Source of the DNA: Squalus acanthias
Taxonomy: Eukaryota
Direction: 5' to 3'
NCBI GenBank assembly: GCA_030390025.1
Contig: CM059431.1
Span: 99,450,001 to 99,514,000, forward strand
DNA: 64,000 nt
Numbering within the stretch: position 1 is the first letter of the stretch; each line of letters starts with the position of its first letter. Made by a program: the position numbers and the translations under genes. Shown here piece by piece: positions 11,963-24,699 of this stretch. The notes beneath the pieces were generated by a model, which was not told where the DNA came from, searched no databases, and worked only from the letters and a program-made list of their open reading frames with translations.

Positions 11963-13159
11963 AATATGGCAGCTGGGGATGGAGGGAGGGATGGCAACAA
12001 ACCTGCAATAAAATTGAAGTTATACAAGTACAAACTTTTTGAAGGGTGGTGTGCACCATTTCATTGGTAACAGGGCAGAGCAAGAGACACGAGGAGAAGA
12101 TAGATAATGACAGCTCTTACACAACAAATCTCCAGATGGCTAACGTGCAGCCTATTGAAAGCACACGTTACATCGCGATCGGTGTTAAGTTTCATTCTTG
12201 AGTTCCTGTTAACTTTAGGTGCGTTTCCGACCCACAAAAATATGGCCATCTTACTGGGTGTCAAATGGTGTGCAATTAAATTTGAAAGTCCTTTTTATTT
12301 ATTCCTCCTTTACTTTGCCGGCTAATTCACTGCTAGATCAGGATTACTGCCTGCATGATTAGCACTGATCAAACAAGGTTCATCTGTTCCTATGTCCCCA
12401 TGTTCTATCTGTTCGATAGCTATTCGCTTCCGGACTGTGTAACATACAACAGCATAAAGAGAAGAACCATCAAGGATGAGAAAAACCCATTTCCCCCATT
12501 GTACCTCAACCCTTGAATCCTCTCAACAGGCCAGCTTGGTATCCAGCTGTGTTATGAACATCCCCTAATGTCCTATCAGGCAGATTATTCCAAAGGTTTA
12601 TCCTGCTTTGAGAAAGATGTTCTCCTTAGTACATGCCAGGCCGTGTAATTCATTTCTCACTGGTTTAAATTTATGCCCACCAGTTTGATTAGCCTGACAT
12701 CACTTTGTAGAAGCTAACTGGGTTCACCTTGTCGATACCAGTTATTAATTTATATACCAAAATAAGAATCCGCTTAACTGCTTTCTTTCTTTGGTCTTTC
12801 CTCATCCCAATTAATGTTGGGACTGTACTTCTTGCTTTTCTCTGCATCCTCGCCAATGGATCTCTGTCCTTTCTGTGATCATAATTGAGCATTGTACTCC
12901 TATCAGTGTCTTAGCATAACCTCTGAGGGCTTGCCTGCTACTCTTCTGGCTATGTGTCTCAGTATTTGAGTGCTTTGACACTGAAAATGATGATCTACTA
13001 TACTCACTTGTTAAATCTCTGTGCTATCTTTGTCTGTTCAATGTACACCTACTATTTAACCTCCTGTGGCATTTCACCTGGGGAGATATGACCCAGTGTA
13101 GTGTTCAGGTGAAGCAGGGTTATAGGGCACGTGGTAATTAGACTAGAGCGTGCAGGTAA

Positions 13160-13660
13160 AATCATAGAAATTTATGGTACAGAAGGAGGCCATTCGGCCC
13201 ATCGCGTCTGCGCCGGCCAAGAGCTATCCTGCCCAATCCCACTTTCCAGTTCTTGGTCCGTAGCCCTGTAGGTTACGGCACTTCAAGAGCATATCCAAGT
13301 ACTTCTTAAATGTGATGAGGGTTTCTGCCTCTACCACCCTTTCAGGCAGTGAGTTCCAGACCCCCACCACCCTCTGGATGAAGAAAGTTCTCCTCAACTC
13401 CCCTCTAATCCTTCCACCAATTATTTTAAATCTCTGCCCCCTGGTTATTGACCTCTCTGCTAAGGGAAATAGGTCCTTCCTATCCACTCTATCTAGGCCC
13501 CTCATAATTTTATACACCTCAATCAAGTCTCCCCTCAGCCTATCCAATCTTTCTTCATAGCTAAAATTCTCCAGTCCTGGCAACATCCTCGTAAATCCCC
13601 TCTGTACTCTCTCGAGTGCAATCACATCCTTCCTGTAATGTGGTAACCAGAATTGTACAC
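13160..13660 (-). mobile_element. CR1 LINE 3' fragment
   Basis: ORF 13224-13625 ALERVQRGFTRMLPG...FFIQRVVGVWNSLP. Confidence 0.9.
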
Positions 13661-14779
13661 ATGTAATTCAGTCCTTTATTTTCATGCCACATATTCTGTC
13701 CTTATTTTTAAGCACCTTGGGATGTTTAACGATGTTACAGGCACTATATAAATACAAGTTGTTGTTGTTGCTGTTAAATTTCCATTGTAAATCTCTACAT
13801 CCACATTTATAATGGAAGCTGCCTATGTAAACTTGTCACACTGTAATTACTCCCTCCTACCTGTGGTGGCGCCGCAGCAACTCCACTTGTGGGGGGTGGT
13901 ATTGGGGGGAATATTATCATCGGCAGTTTGCATTATAAGTTTGGACAAAGGAATTTATAACAGAAAAAGTTAAGAGGAAGTGCAGACAGGTGCAAGATTC
14001 TTAATAGGTACTGCCTGATTGGGCGGTGGATACAGATTCAATTGTAGCCTTCAAAAGGGAACTGGATAAATACTTGAAGGAGAAAAAATTGCAGGGATAT
14101 GAGGAAAGAGCGGGGGAGTGGGACTAACTGGATTGCTCTTCGAAACAGTAGACTCGATGGGCCGAATGGCCTCCTTCTGTGCTGTACTATTCTATGATAT
14201 TATACAGATGTCATGCATCTTTTTTGGCCAATATGAAATATTTTACATTTCTCAGTATTGAATTTAATTTGCCATTTTTCTGTCCAATTACGTATAATCT
14301 CTCTACAGGTGTTCATTACTCTCCCTATTTATGCGTTCCCAAAAATATGACAAGCTTACAATTAGTTTTGACATTCAGGTCAATGATTTACACACAAAAC
14401 AATAGTTCAAGCCCTGACCCTGTGCTATTGCACTCTACGCTTGCCAACAGTTTGATCCCACATCATTTTATTCTTTCTTAGTTGAACCTTCACATTGACA
14501 ATGTTTTGTTTAGCTTCCTTAACACAATTTTTCCATGCAAGCATATTTTTAGGCTGAACTCTTGCTACTGCCTCCACGCTGTCAGACTGCGTGTCCGATA
14601 TAAGAACATAAGAAATCCAGTCTTGGATGAGCCACTTTTCTTCCAGTTAAGCGTTGGGAAGACTGAAGCCATCGTCTTCAAGCCCCACCACAAACCCTTG
14701 CCATTGATTCCATCCCTTTCCTCGGCCATTGTTTCAGCATGAACCAGGCTGTTTACAGTCTTGGTGTAGAATGGGCCGA

Positions 14780-15592
14780 TATATTGAGTAGAATGGGTCT
14801 ATACTCTCTGGAATGAGATGTGATCTCATTGAAACAAGATTCTGAGGGGGGATTGACAGGGTAGATGCTGAGAGGTTGTTTCCCCTGGCTGGGGAGTCTA
14901 GATAAGGGATCGGCCATTTAAGACTAAGATGAGGAGGAATTACTTCACTCAGAAGGTTGTGAATCTTTGGAATTCTATACCCCAAAGGGCTGTGGTTATA
15001 GAATCATAGAATCATAGAAGATAGGAGCAGGAGTAGGCCATTCGGCCCCTCTAGCCTGCTCCGCCATTCAATGCGATCATGGCTGATCATCCAAATTCAG
15101 TACCCTGTCCCTGCTTTCTCCCCATATCCCTTGATCCCTTTAGCCTTAAGAAATATATCCAACTCCTTCTTGAATCTATTTAATGAATTGGCCTCTACTG
15201 CCTTCTGTGGCAGAGAATTCCACAGGTTCACCACTCTCTGGGTGAAGAAATTCTTCCTCATTTCTGTCCTAAATGGCTTACCCCTTATCCTTAGACTGTG
15301 ACCCGTGGTTCTGGACTCCCCGACCATCGGGAACATCCTTCCTGCATCTAGTATGTCCTGTCCTGTCAGAATTTTATAAGTTTCAATGAGATCCCCTCTC
15401 ATTCTTCTAAACTCCAGCGAGTATAAGCCCGATCGACCCAATCTCTCTTCATACGTCAATTCTGCCATCCCAGGTTGCTCAGTCGTTGAGTATATTCAAA
15501 TCTGAGATCGATAGATTTCTTATTGAATGGCAGAGCAGGCTCGAGGGGCCATGTGGCCTACTCCTGCTCCTATTTCTTATGTTCTTATGTTT
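14780..15592 (+). mobile_element. CR1 3' fragment with an opposite-strand CR1 (about 14999-15473) nested inside
   Basis: Host sequence gggctgtggtt...gctcagtcgttgag is split; the inner ORF 15097-15468 is nearly identical to the C-terminal part of ORF 59243-59944. Confidence 0.85.
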
Positions 15593-15856
15593 TTATTTGA
15601 GCTCGAGCTAAGCTTCTGATCCTATATCGTCTCTATTACAAAGGCCGCCTACTTCCACCTCTGTAACATCGCCCGCCGCCACCCCTATCTCAGTCCATCT
15701 ACCGCTGAAAACCTCCTCCATGCATTTGTCACCTCCAGATTTGACTACTCCCACGGTCTCCTGGCCGGCCTCCCATCCTGCACCCTCTGTCCATTTCAGC
15801 TCATCCAAAACGCTGCTGCCCGTATCCTAACTCACACCGAGTCCCGTTCACCCATC

Positions 15857-18018
15857 TTCTCTTCTCTTCTTCTCAGGCAGTCCCTCAGAACCGAGGATGA
15901 CTTGCTTCCACACTAAAAATGAGTTCTCAGGTGACTGATGAGTCCAACGCCGGACCTACAGTCTCTGTCACAGGTGGGGCAAACGGTGGTTGAAGGGGCG
16001 GGTGGGTGGGGTGCTTGGGTTGACATGCGCTCCTTCCGCTGTTTGCGCTTGGCTTCCGCTTGCTCCCGGCGAAGAGACTCGAGGTGTTCGTCGCCTTCCC
16101 GGATGCTTCTCCTCCACTTTGTGCGGTCTTGGGCCAAGGATTCCCAGGTGTCAGTGGGGATGTTGCACTTTTTCAAGGAGGCTTTGAGGGTGTCCTTGAA
16201 GCGTTTCCTCTGCCCACCTGGGGCTCTCTTGCCGTGTCGGAGCTCCGAGTAGAGCGCTTGTTTTGGGAGTCTCGTATCGGGCATGCGGACGATATGGCCC
16301 GTCCATCGGAGCTGATCGAGCGTGGTCAAAGCTTCGATGTTGGGGATGTTGGCCTGAGCGAGAATACTGACGTTAGTGCGCCTATCCGGCCAATGGATTT
16401 GCAGGATCTTGCGGAGGCAGCGTTGGTGGTACTTCTCCAGTGCTTTGAGGTGCCTGCTGTACATGGTCCATGTCTCTGAAGCATACAGGAGGGCGGGTAT
16501 CACTACTGCTCTGTAGACCATGAGCTTGGTGCTGGGTTTGAGGTCCTGGTCTTCAAACACTCTTTTCCTCAGGCGACCGAAGGCTGCACTGGCACACTGA
16601 AGGCGGTGTTGGACTTCGTCATCGACGTCTGCCCTTGTTGACAGTAGGCTCCCGAGGTATGGAAAGTTGTAAGATCCGGATCACAGGCCACACACAGATT
16701 ACCCAAAAGGGTTTTAGAAGTTGTAAGGCTTTTATTAAAGAGCTACTGTATTAAAGCATAATCAAGTATTACATATGGTTTAAGCCGAGTATAATAGACA
16801 TACAACCCGTGACAGTAGAGAGCGATCTCCGACTCCCGAATCGGAATGCCACGACCGGACGGACGGGGAGGCAGTACGGTGGTCTTGGATTGGGTGGATT
16901 CCTGCAGTCTGCTGCAGCGGTCACTTCCGTTGGGTCATCTCTCGAGCTGTTGGAGGTGTTAGGCCGTCAGCCACCTCAGAGGCTAAACTTGACCAAGGTG
17001 TTAGGCCGTAGCCACCTCGGGGAAGCCTTCGCCCCTAACTGCCTGATTTCCTCTCTCGGTCGTCTATATTTATAGTTATTTCGGTGGGCTGGTAATCACC
17101 TGGTGTCAATCATTTGATCCCCCGTCCTATTGTCCAATTGTGAAGCGGGAAGGCATCCCTCGCCGTCCCTTTCTGCATGGCTGACAAGGCCTCCCTCTTA
17201 TCTTTCTGAGGAATGTTTTGTTATGTTTCTTTAAGGACATTTTGTGACTTTTCGGCTCCATTCTTGTCTTATCCCCCACCCTGTGTTGTTTTGCATTTTA
17301 CAATTCCCTTATCACTTCTATTTGTCTTTTGATGCTTGATATTCGACCTTGCTGGCATTTCTGCTGTCTGTTCCCGGCTGCATGTTGTCAGTCTCTGTTC
17401 TAAGAATTAAAACCCATCTTTGAATCTAACAGCTATTTCTTACAAAGTGGTCCACGTTGTCCAAGGCCTCGTCATGGATTTTGATAATCGGGGCGCAGTA
17501 CTGTGTGGCGGGGACAGGTTGGTAGAGGACCGTTGTCTTACGGATGTTTAGTGTAAGGCCCATGCTCTCGTACGCTTCGGTGAAGGTGTTGATGATGGTT
17601 CGGAGTTCGACCTCCGAGTGTGCACAGACGCAAGCGTCGTCTGCATACTGTAATTCAATGACAGAGGATGGGACGACCTTGGATCTGGACTGGAGGCGAC
17701 GGAGGTTGAACAGTTTCCCATTTGTTCTGTAGATTAGCTCCACTCCAGCGGGGAGCTTACTGAGGGTGAGATGGAGCAATGCAGCCAGGAAGATCGAGAA
17801 GAGCGTTGGTGCGATGACACAGCCTTGCTTGACCCCGGTCCGTACGTGAATTGGGTCTGTGGTGGATCTGTTGGTCAGGATCATGGCTTGCATGTCGTTG
17901 TGAAGCAGGCGGAGGATGGTGATAAACTTTTGAGGGCAGCCGAATTTGAGAAGGACACTCCGTAATCCCTCACGGTTGATGGTGTCGAAGGCCTTTGTGA
18001 GGTCAAAGTAGGCCATGT
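15857..18018 (-). mobile_element. RTE-clade LINE, 5'-truncated, RT-coding, interrupted by a solo LTR
   Basis: RT motifs FDLTKAFD, GVKQGCVIAP and LQYADD; C-terminal CPTCDRDC..HLRTH finger; (gaa)-type tail; 7-bp TSD. Confidence 0.92.
16668..17444 (-). mobile_element. Solo LTR (777 bp)
   Basis: tgtaaga...tcttaca perfect 7-bp terminal inverted repeat; 4-bp TSD aagt (16664-16667 and 17445-17448); minus-strand TATA near 17065-17073 and AATAAA near 16731-16736. Confidence 0.9.
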
Positions 18019-19150
18019 ACCCATCACCCCTGTGCTCGCTGACCTACATTGGCTCCCGGTCCCCCAATGCCTCAAATTTAAACCCCTCCTTGGCCTCGCC
18101 CCTCCCTATCTCTGTAACCGCCTCCAGCCCCACAACCCTCCAAGATCTCTGCGCTCCTCCAATTCTAGCCTCTTACGCATCCCCGATTTTCATCGCTCCA
18201 CCATTGGCGGCCGTGTCTTCAGCTGTCGAGGCCCAATCTCTGGGATTCCCTCCCTAAACCTCTCTGCCTCGCAATCTCGCTCCTCCTTTAAGATGCTTCT
18301 TAAAACCTCCCTCTTTGACCAAGCTTTTGGTCACCTGTCCTAATATCTCCTTATGTGGCTTGCTGTCAAATTTTGTCCGATAATCACTCCTGTGAAGCAC
18401 CTTGGGACGTTTTACTACGTTAAAGGCGCTATATAAATGCGGGTTGTTGTTACTGAATGAATAGATTGTGACTTTACCATTTTAGTGATAAATTATTTTT
18501 ACACTAAATGATTTTTGCATAAGTAAAAAAATATTTAAGCTCAAGAACATGTAATTTTATGGCGTGCGCATTACGAAATTCTGCTACCTCCCCAACTTTA
18601 AATATTATTTTAGTGCGACTAGCTTCTAAATGGGTTTTATCCTATTGTCCAGTACTCTTAATAAATATAAATAGTGACACTTTCAATTAGAATGGAATTA
18701 AACTCGTGTCTTATAGATTACACAGTGACCCAGAGAATTCATCAGAATGAATCCCACAAATCTACAGTGACTTGCTTATGACACGCACTGAAATCAATAA
18801 TTTGTTATCATAAATTCTGTTGATGCCGTCAGTGCAGCCTGACATGATTTATGAGTCACACAGACCTCATGAAAAGACTGAGATCCTTCCAGTGTCCTTA
18901 TGTGGCTCGCTGTCAAATTTTGTTTAATAATCGCTCCTGTGAAGCGCCCTGGGACGTTTTACTACGTTAAAGGTGCTGTATAAATACAAGTGGTTGTTGT
19001 TGACATTGTTTTCACCTTTCTTGGGTATAAAATCTGTTTTTTATTTATTCTGTTGTTGTACATCTTCTCAGAAAGATATTTTAAATGCGTATTAACATTT
19101 TATTCTCTGGGTCTAAAATTAAACATTCATTTTGCTGATTGAAAACGTAA

Positions 19151-19806
19151 GGGGCGATTTTGCCAGCCCTGGGGAGGCGGGTTTGGAGGCGAGACTGCCG
19201 GGAAAATGGCAGATTCTGGGGGCGGGTACCCATCCCGCCCCCAATCCTGCCCCCGACCCGCGCCGGGTCCCGTCTCCTGGAGGCGGGAAGGGGATTACAG
19301 CCACTTAACTGCCTGTCAACAGGTAGTTCACAGGCAGTTAAGAGGATTATTCCCATTTTTCCAACAGAAGTGCGGGCTCCCCGACGTCGGGAAACCCCGC
19401 CAGGGTCAGCGAGGCGAGCAGTGGGTCTGCGGGGGTGAGTGGAGTCCAAAAGTGCACTGTGGAGGTGAGTGATGGGTGCAAGTGTGGAGAGGTGAGTATG
19501 TGAGGTGAGTGAAAAGTGTTGAAAAAGTTTCCTTACCTTTGTTTCTTCCTGCAGGCTTCAACCGTTGGGGATTCAGAGGCTCCGGCATCTCCACGGCAGA
19601 GAACATTTTTTTGACAGATGAAACGTCACACGCTGACGTTCTCTGTCACCGGCTTTCCCTTAATTGGCCTGCTAAGCCCGCTGGGCGGGCTTAAGGTCAA
19701 TCAAGGGAAAATAGCGTGGGTTGGCCGGATGTCGATAGAGGTGGGACTGAAACCCGACAAGCAGCAGTCCTGCCTCCAATGCGCCCCCATTGTCAAAATC
19801 ACCCCC
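19151..19806. mobile_element. PIF/Harbinger-type MITE
   Basis: TIR ggggcgattttg / caaaatcacccc; TWA flanks; subterminal similarity to the 29842-32324 element. Confidence 0.75.
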
Positions 19807-19932
19807 TTAGTTTCCAATAAAGTTGTAAAACATCACTTATAATTTTCCATCTATTTTCTGACACAAATATTTCTGCTATTTGCTACACTAAACTGAAACT
19901 CTTGTCCATTACCTTGTATGTATTGCACCTAA

Positions 19933-20305
19933 ATTTATAAGATACTGAGGGGGATTGACAGGGTAGATGCAGGGAGGATGTTTCCCCTGGCTGGAGAGTC
20001 TAGAACCAGGGGTCATAGTCTCAGGATAAGGGGTCGGCCATTTAGGACTGAGATGAGGAGGAATTTCTTCACTCAGAGGGTGGTGAATCTTTGGAATTCT
20101 CTACCCCAGAGGGCTGTGGAGGCTCAGTCATTGAGTATATTCAAGACAGAGATCGATAGATTTTTGGACTCTCGGGGAATCAAGGGATATGGGGATAGTG
20201 CAGGAAAGTGGAGTTGAGGGCGATGATCAGCCATGATCTTATTGAATGGCGGAGCAAGCTCGAGGAGCCATATGGTCGACTCCTGCTCCTAATTTCTACG
20301 TTCTC
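19933..20305 (+). mobile_element. CR1 3' fragment
   Basis: [43 protein letters not shown]. Confidence 0.9.
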
Positions 20306-20424
20306 AGGTTTGTAATAGGGCAGCTTTTGACTATTTAGAAGTTCTCGGAGTTTTTTTTGTAACTGCTGAAAAATGAGTGGCAAAACACAATCTTTAATTC
20401 CAATTGTGACTATTTCAAAACATT

Positions 20425-22570
20425 GGCCAGATCTTGCTGGAGGGGGGCATCTCGTGGTGATCCCTGTTAGTTAGACTTTTTCCCTTCAGCTTGAAAATGT
20501 TTTGCCCTGTATCTCGCTGGGAGTACGAGCTGATAACGGGGCGGCGAGGGCGACGGGGCATCTGGGACCTCGGTGAATGACGAGACCAACAGTCTATCTC
20601 CTTAACCAATGAGATTAAAGGATTGAGAAAGAAACAGAGGAACGACGGAGAAGGAAATCGGGTGAATTAGAGTCAAATCAGGTAAAGAAAGAAAAATAAA
20701 GAGAGGGAAAGATTGGAGAGAGAGAAAAAGAGACAGAAAGGAAGGGCTGGATTTTATGAACCTCGGAGGGTCCGTGGCGGGCGACGTCCTCGTCCCTTCC
20801 CATGGGCGGAAGAGACCTCCCCAGGAGATCAACGCAGCCTGGTTACACATTGCAGAGGAGGGCACCAGCAGGGATGTGGTCAGGAGGACCAGGCTGCAGT
20901 GGCGCAAACCTTTTAATGATCTCAGTGGATCACGAAACGTTAGTACAAAGCCACACTCAGCCTCATCCTGCTGTGCCACTCATCACATCCCCATCACTCT
21001 GCCTTCCCTACCCTACTCCTGCACATCCTTACTCACACCAACTTACCCTGCACCTCCACCCATCCCTCTCTCTATCTACATTATCACATCCCCATCTCAC
21101 TAGCCATCCCTCACACTCACCCTCATCCTAGTGCAATCATACCAACTAACAACACACAAGGGTAGGCACTTGGGCGTTTTATGCAATGTTCATGTAAAGT
21201 TTCTGTCAAACATTGAAACCTTTATTTTCAACACTTTGCGTTCTTGGACAGATTTGTGTGCACCTTTGGAAGTGGCTTAGTGAGTTGCAGTGAATGGTGA
21301 GACATAACGGTACCCTCCACAATGGTGATGAGTGTGAAAGGAATGGCTTGGGCATTGTAGGGATGCTTTATGGTGTTGGTATGGGGTGGTGCCAACCTGG
21401 CGCATCATGTGGCAGCCAGGGTGTACAGCGTCAAGTGAAGTAAATCTGGCCATGGTGAGGCCATCCCTGGCCTCCCGGGCAGCAATGTGGTCGGGTGCTG
21501 ATGCCCTGTGTCCTCTGCCACATCAGTTGATTGCGGAGAAGGTTGGTGTTGTTGTTGGTGCTGCTGGTGTAGGGGCTGATCGTGATCAGATTCTGAGGAC
21601 CAAGGTGAGAGAGTATAAAGTGTACCCATGCTGATGGAATAGATGGCAGGTAAAGTAGAGATGTCAGAAGCGATCTGTCAATGGTGAGAGAGGTAATGAG
21701 GTCAGATTGCATGGAGACTTGTGTAAAGACTTGCAGCATCCTGAATCTGTAGTGGAAATGCAGTTTAGAGAGGCTAGTGGTTAAGGGAACATTTCTCAAT
21801 CAGCTGGGAGCTATGACTTGACATTTGAAGCTGTCAACTCATCAGCTGATTCAATGGCCGATGACCTCCCGCCTCAGCTTCACAGACGAGGTCTAGGCAC
21901 AGCGGGAAACCGGTGGGCAACCTGTCAAATTCAAAAATCTGGGAAAAAACCATTGTTAAGTGGCTGTAAACAAACCACTAATGATTTTAATTGCCTCCCC
22001 CACTCAGCGCTGACAGACACGACATTTGGTAAAGACGCGTGGCGGTGGGTTCACAGCGGGGTCCCGACCTGCTGGGGAAAAAAAACACTTTCCCACCCGA
22101 CCCATCACCGATCGCGCCCGCTGACCCCCCGCAAAATCCAGCCCGAAAAGTAAGAAAAACATTTAAAATTGTAGAACCTCTAAGAACAATTTACTACCTA
22201 CAGGAATGAGACTCCACAGTTTCAATTGTTCCCTTTCCGGGCCAGAGAGGTTGAGTGGCATTGCAGGAACATAAATCTCCTCATTAAAAGGGTCCTTACG
22301 CCATTAAGTACCAGTCCTAACTTTCCGCGGTGAGTTTAACGGGCAATTAATGCACAAATGCAGCAATTTCCTGAAACTCGCGGGGAGGTTGAGGGCGAGC
22401 CGCCATTTTCACGAGGCTAGTGGGCGGAGCGGCGCAAATTGTCCGGCAACTCGTGGCGATTCGCAACTCACGGGGAATCTCTCCCTCACCACAAGTTGCC
22501 GGACGATTCGCACATCAATAACGGCGAGCGCCATTAAACCCAGCGCTATTCTGGCAGCAGATTCTGGGCC
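20425..22570. mobile_element. Harbinger-type MITE (outer) hosting a nested Harbinger derivative
   Basis: Imperfect TIR ggccagatcttgctg / cagcagattctgggcc; AG-rich interior split at gaa. Confidence 0.6.
20744..22144. mobile_element. Internally deleted Harbinger with Myb/SANT remnant (+) and transposase N-terminal remnant (-)
   Basis: TIR gggctggatttt / aaaatccagccc; 3-bp TSD gaa. GRKRPPQEINAAWLHIAEE...RTRLQWRKPFNDL aligns with the Myb ORF at 31816-32055; MGTLYTLSPWSSESDHDQPLHQQHQQQ aligns with the transposase start at 30372. Confidence 0.85.
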
Positions 22571-22754
22571 AATGTGGACCTTGATGACGAGGAGCTACTC
22601 TGCTCCTGCGTTGAGGCAATTTTTCTTTTTTAAACTGAGGATGTCAAAATAGGCCAATCATTTTGAAAACAAATTGATATCATAATCTTTGAGTTGTTTG
22701 GCTGTTGTGGGTTTGAGGTAGATTTTGTGCTAAAACAGACAGTCAATGTGGATC

Positions 22755-22960
22755 ATAAACAGAAACTGCTAGAAACGCTCAGCAGGTCAGGCGGCATCTG
22801 TGGAGAGAGAAACAGAGTCAACGGTTCAGCTCGATGACCCTTCGTCCGAACTGGAGAAACAAGTTTGAAGCAAATCCAGAGGCAGGGAAAGGGTGGGGGG
22901 AGAGAGGAAAGAACAGAGGGGAAGGTCTGGAATTGGGTGGAGGGCTGGAGAGATTAAACA
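22755..22960 (-). mobile_element. Penelope pLTR fragment with degenerate hammerhead
   Basis: Colinear with 50775-50990; the core reads cggacga...gaacc instead of ctgacga...gaaac. Confidence 0.75.
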
Positions 22961-23051
22961 AACAGCAGAATCATTCCTGACACCTGCTGTCTGAAAACAT
23001 GGGAGCAGTGGTTACTTGAAGCTGGCTAAAATGCCATTTTCGGAAGGAGAC

Positions 23052-23143
23052 AAATAATTTGAAACGTAATTTTTTTTTTAAACAATTTGAAATGTAATTT
23101 TTTTTAAACAATTTGAAATGTTATTTTTTTTTAAACAATTTTG
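23052..23143. repeat. AT-rich ~27-bp tandem repeat, about 3.5 copies
   Basis: aaacaatttgaaatgtaat(t)n repeated. Confidence 0.85.
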
Positions 23144-23617
23144 ATTTTTCAGCCGTTTAGAATTTTTATTACTTTTTTTTTCATCTTGTGTTTGATATAT
23201 TTTTCCTAACGTGTAATGCGATTTTTTTTCTGAGTCAGACTAAGGAGGGAGTATTTGAGAAGCAGCAGGTTTATTAGCCCTGAAATTATTAGCCCTTTGT
23301 GCTTTCCTTCCCAGGTCTGCCTGTCTTTCGCCCAAGTTATGGACAATCTCATTAATATCGCAGAGAAACTGGCGTTGATTTTTGTGTCTATTACGCGCCT
23401 ATACCAGGCACAGATGGAGAGTAATGGACCTTGACATTGGGAGAAGTCAGTTTTCCTTCCAATTCACAACCCCGCTCCCCCCTCTCAGTTTACAGGCTTG
23501 GTTTGGGACCAGCTAAAACAGGTGGTAAATTTATGAATGTATATTAATAAGGTCAAAGTGATGTCATTGGGATGTCAACGTGATCCCTGATTGGCCCACG
23601 ACCGTGGGTGGCTGAAG

Positions 23618-24016
23618 TAGGGTCGCCAACTCTGGTTGGATGTGTTCCTGGAGGTTTCATCACATGACCTCCCGCCTCCAACCGCCCCGCCCCCCCCACC
23701 ACTCCCGCCACTGGTCGCCCGACACGTCCACCCTCGTGACGCCCCGCCCTCCCCACGGCCAATCGGAAAACAAACAACCCTTCAGTACCCGATTGGATGA
23801 TTCTTGACTTGTCAGTCAAACAGCCTTTTTATCCCGTGTCTGATATTTCTATATCTAGTAAACAAAAGTGTTCAAAGAAATTTAAAAACAACCACAATTT
23901 TTTTACTGCCCCTATCTATGATTTTTCTCCTGGGTTTTTGCTCCCAGCAGTGTCCGGGAGATGAGTCTTTAATTCCTGGAGACTCCAGGCCAATCCTGGA
24001 GGACTGACGACCCCTC
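23618..24016. mobile_element. Non-autonomous DNA element (hAT-like termini), copy 2
   Basis: tagggtcgccaac ... ctgacgacccct; colinear with 8430-8778. Confidence 0.6.
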
Positions 24017-24084
24017 ACGGAAGTCAGGCACTTTTTTTGATTGCAAACATTTGAAACCGAGTGATTGAAATCGGGCTCCTTCGG

Positions 24085-24541
24085 CTGAAGTATGTGATCT
24101 GTTGATCAGTAGAGTCACACTGTATCTGAAGTATGTGATCTGTTGATCAGTAGAGTCACACTGTATCTGAAGTATGTGATCTGTTGATCAGTAGAGTCAC
24201 ACTGTATCTGAAGTATGTGATCTGTTGATCAGTAGAGTCACACTGTATCTGAAGTATGTGATCTGTTGATCAGTAGAGTCACACTGTATCTGAAGTATGT
24301 GATCTGTTGATCAGTAGAGTCACACTGTATCTGAAGTATGTGATCTGTTGATCAGTAGAGTCACACTGTATCTGAAGTATGTGATCTGTTGATCAGTAGA
24401 GTCACACTGTATCTGAAGTATGTGATCTGTTGATCAGTAGAGTCACACTGTATCTGAAGTATGTGATCTGTTGATCAGTAGAGTCACACTGTATCTGAAG
24501 TATGTGATCTGTTGATCAGTAGAGTCACACTGTATCTGAAG
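24085..24541. repeat. Perfect 41-bp tandem array, 11 copies plus 6 bp
   Basis: Unit ctgaagtatgtgatctgttgatcagtagagtcacactgtat; I found no differences between copies. Confidence 0.98.
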
Positions 24542-24699
24542 GGTTTTTAAAAAATCTAACCTTGGTGTCACCTACTCATTAATTCTTGACTTACCTTGTC
24601 TTCTCTCTTACTCCTGCCTTCTCCAGTACCGTCTTGTACTATGGGCCCTTCCCCCTTGTTTCCAATCGAAAAAATATTTTCTTGACATTTATACTAGTG

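Larger units (their letters stand above)
15605..18452 (+). mobile_element. L2-clade LINE 3' part split by an RTE insertion
   Basis: LHAFVTSRFDY..QLIQNAAARIL remnant before 15856; resumes at 18019 with ITPVLADLHWLPV; acccatc duplicated at 15850-15856 and 18019-18025. Confidence 0.85.

Noticed and set aside
24085..24541. CRISPR-like array of palindromic repeats
   Set aside because: Units are directly adjacent with no unique spacers, there are no cas genes, and the context is vertebrate.
24595..24640. Minus-strand exon ending at a strong AAG|gtaagt donor (a similar donor lies near 54977)
   Set aside because: There is no convincing polypyrimidine acceptor upstream in either case.
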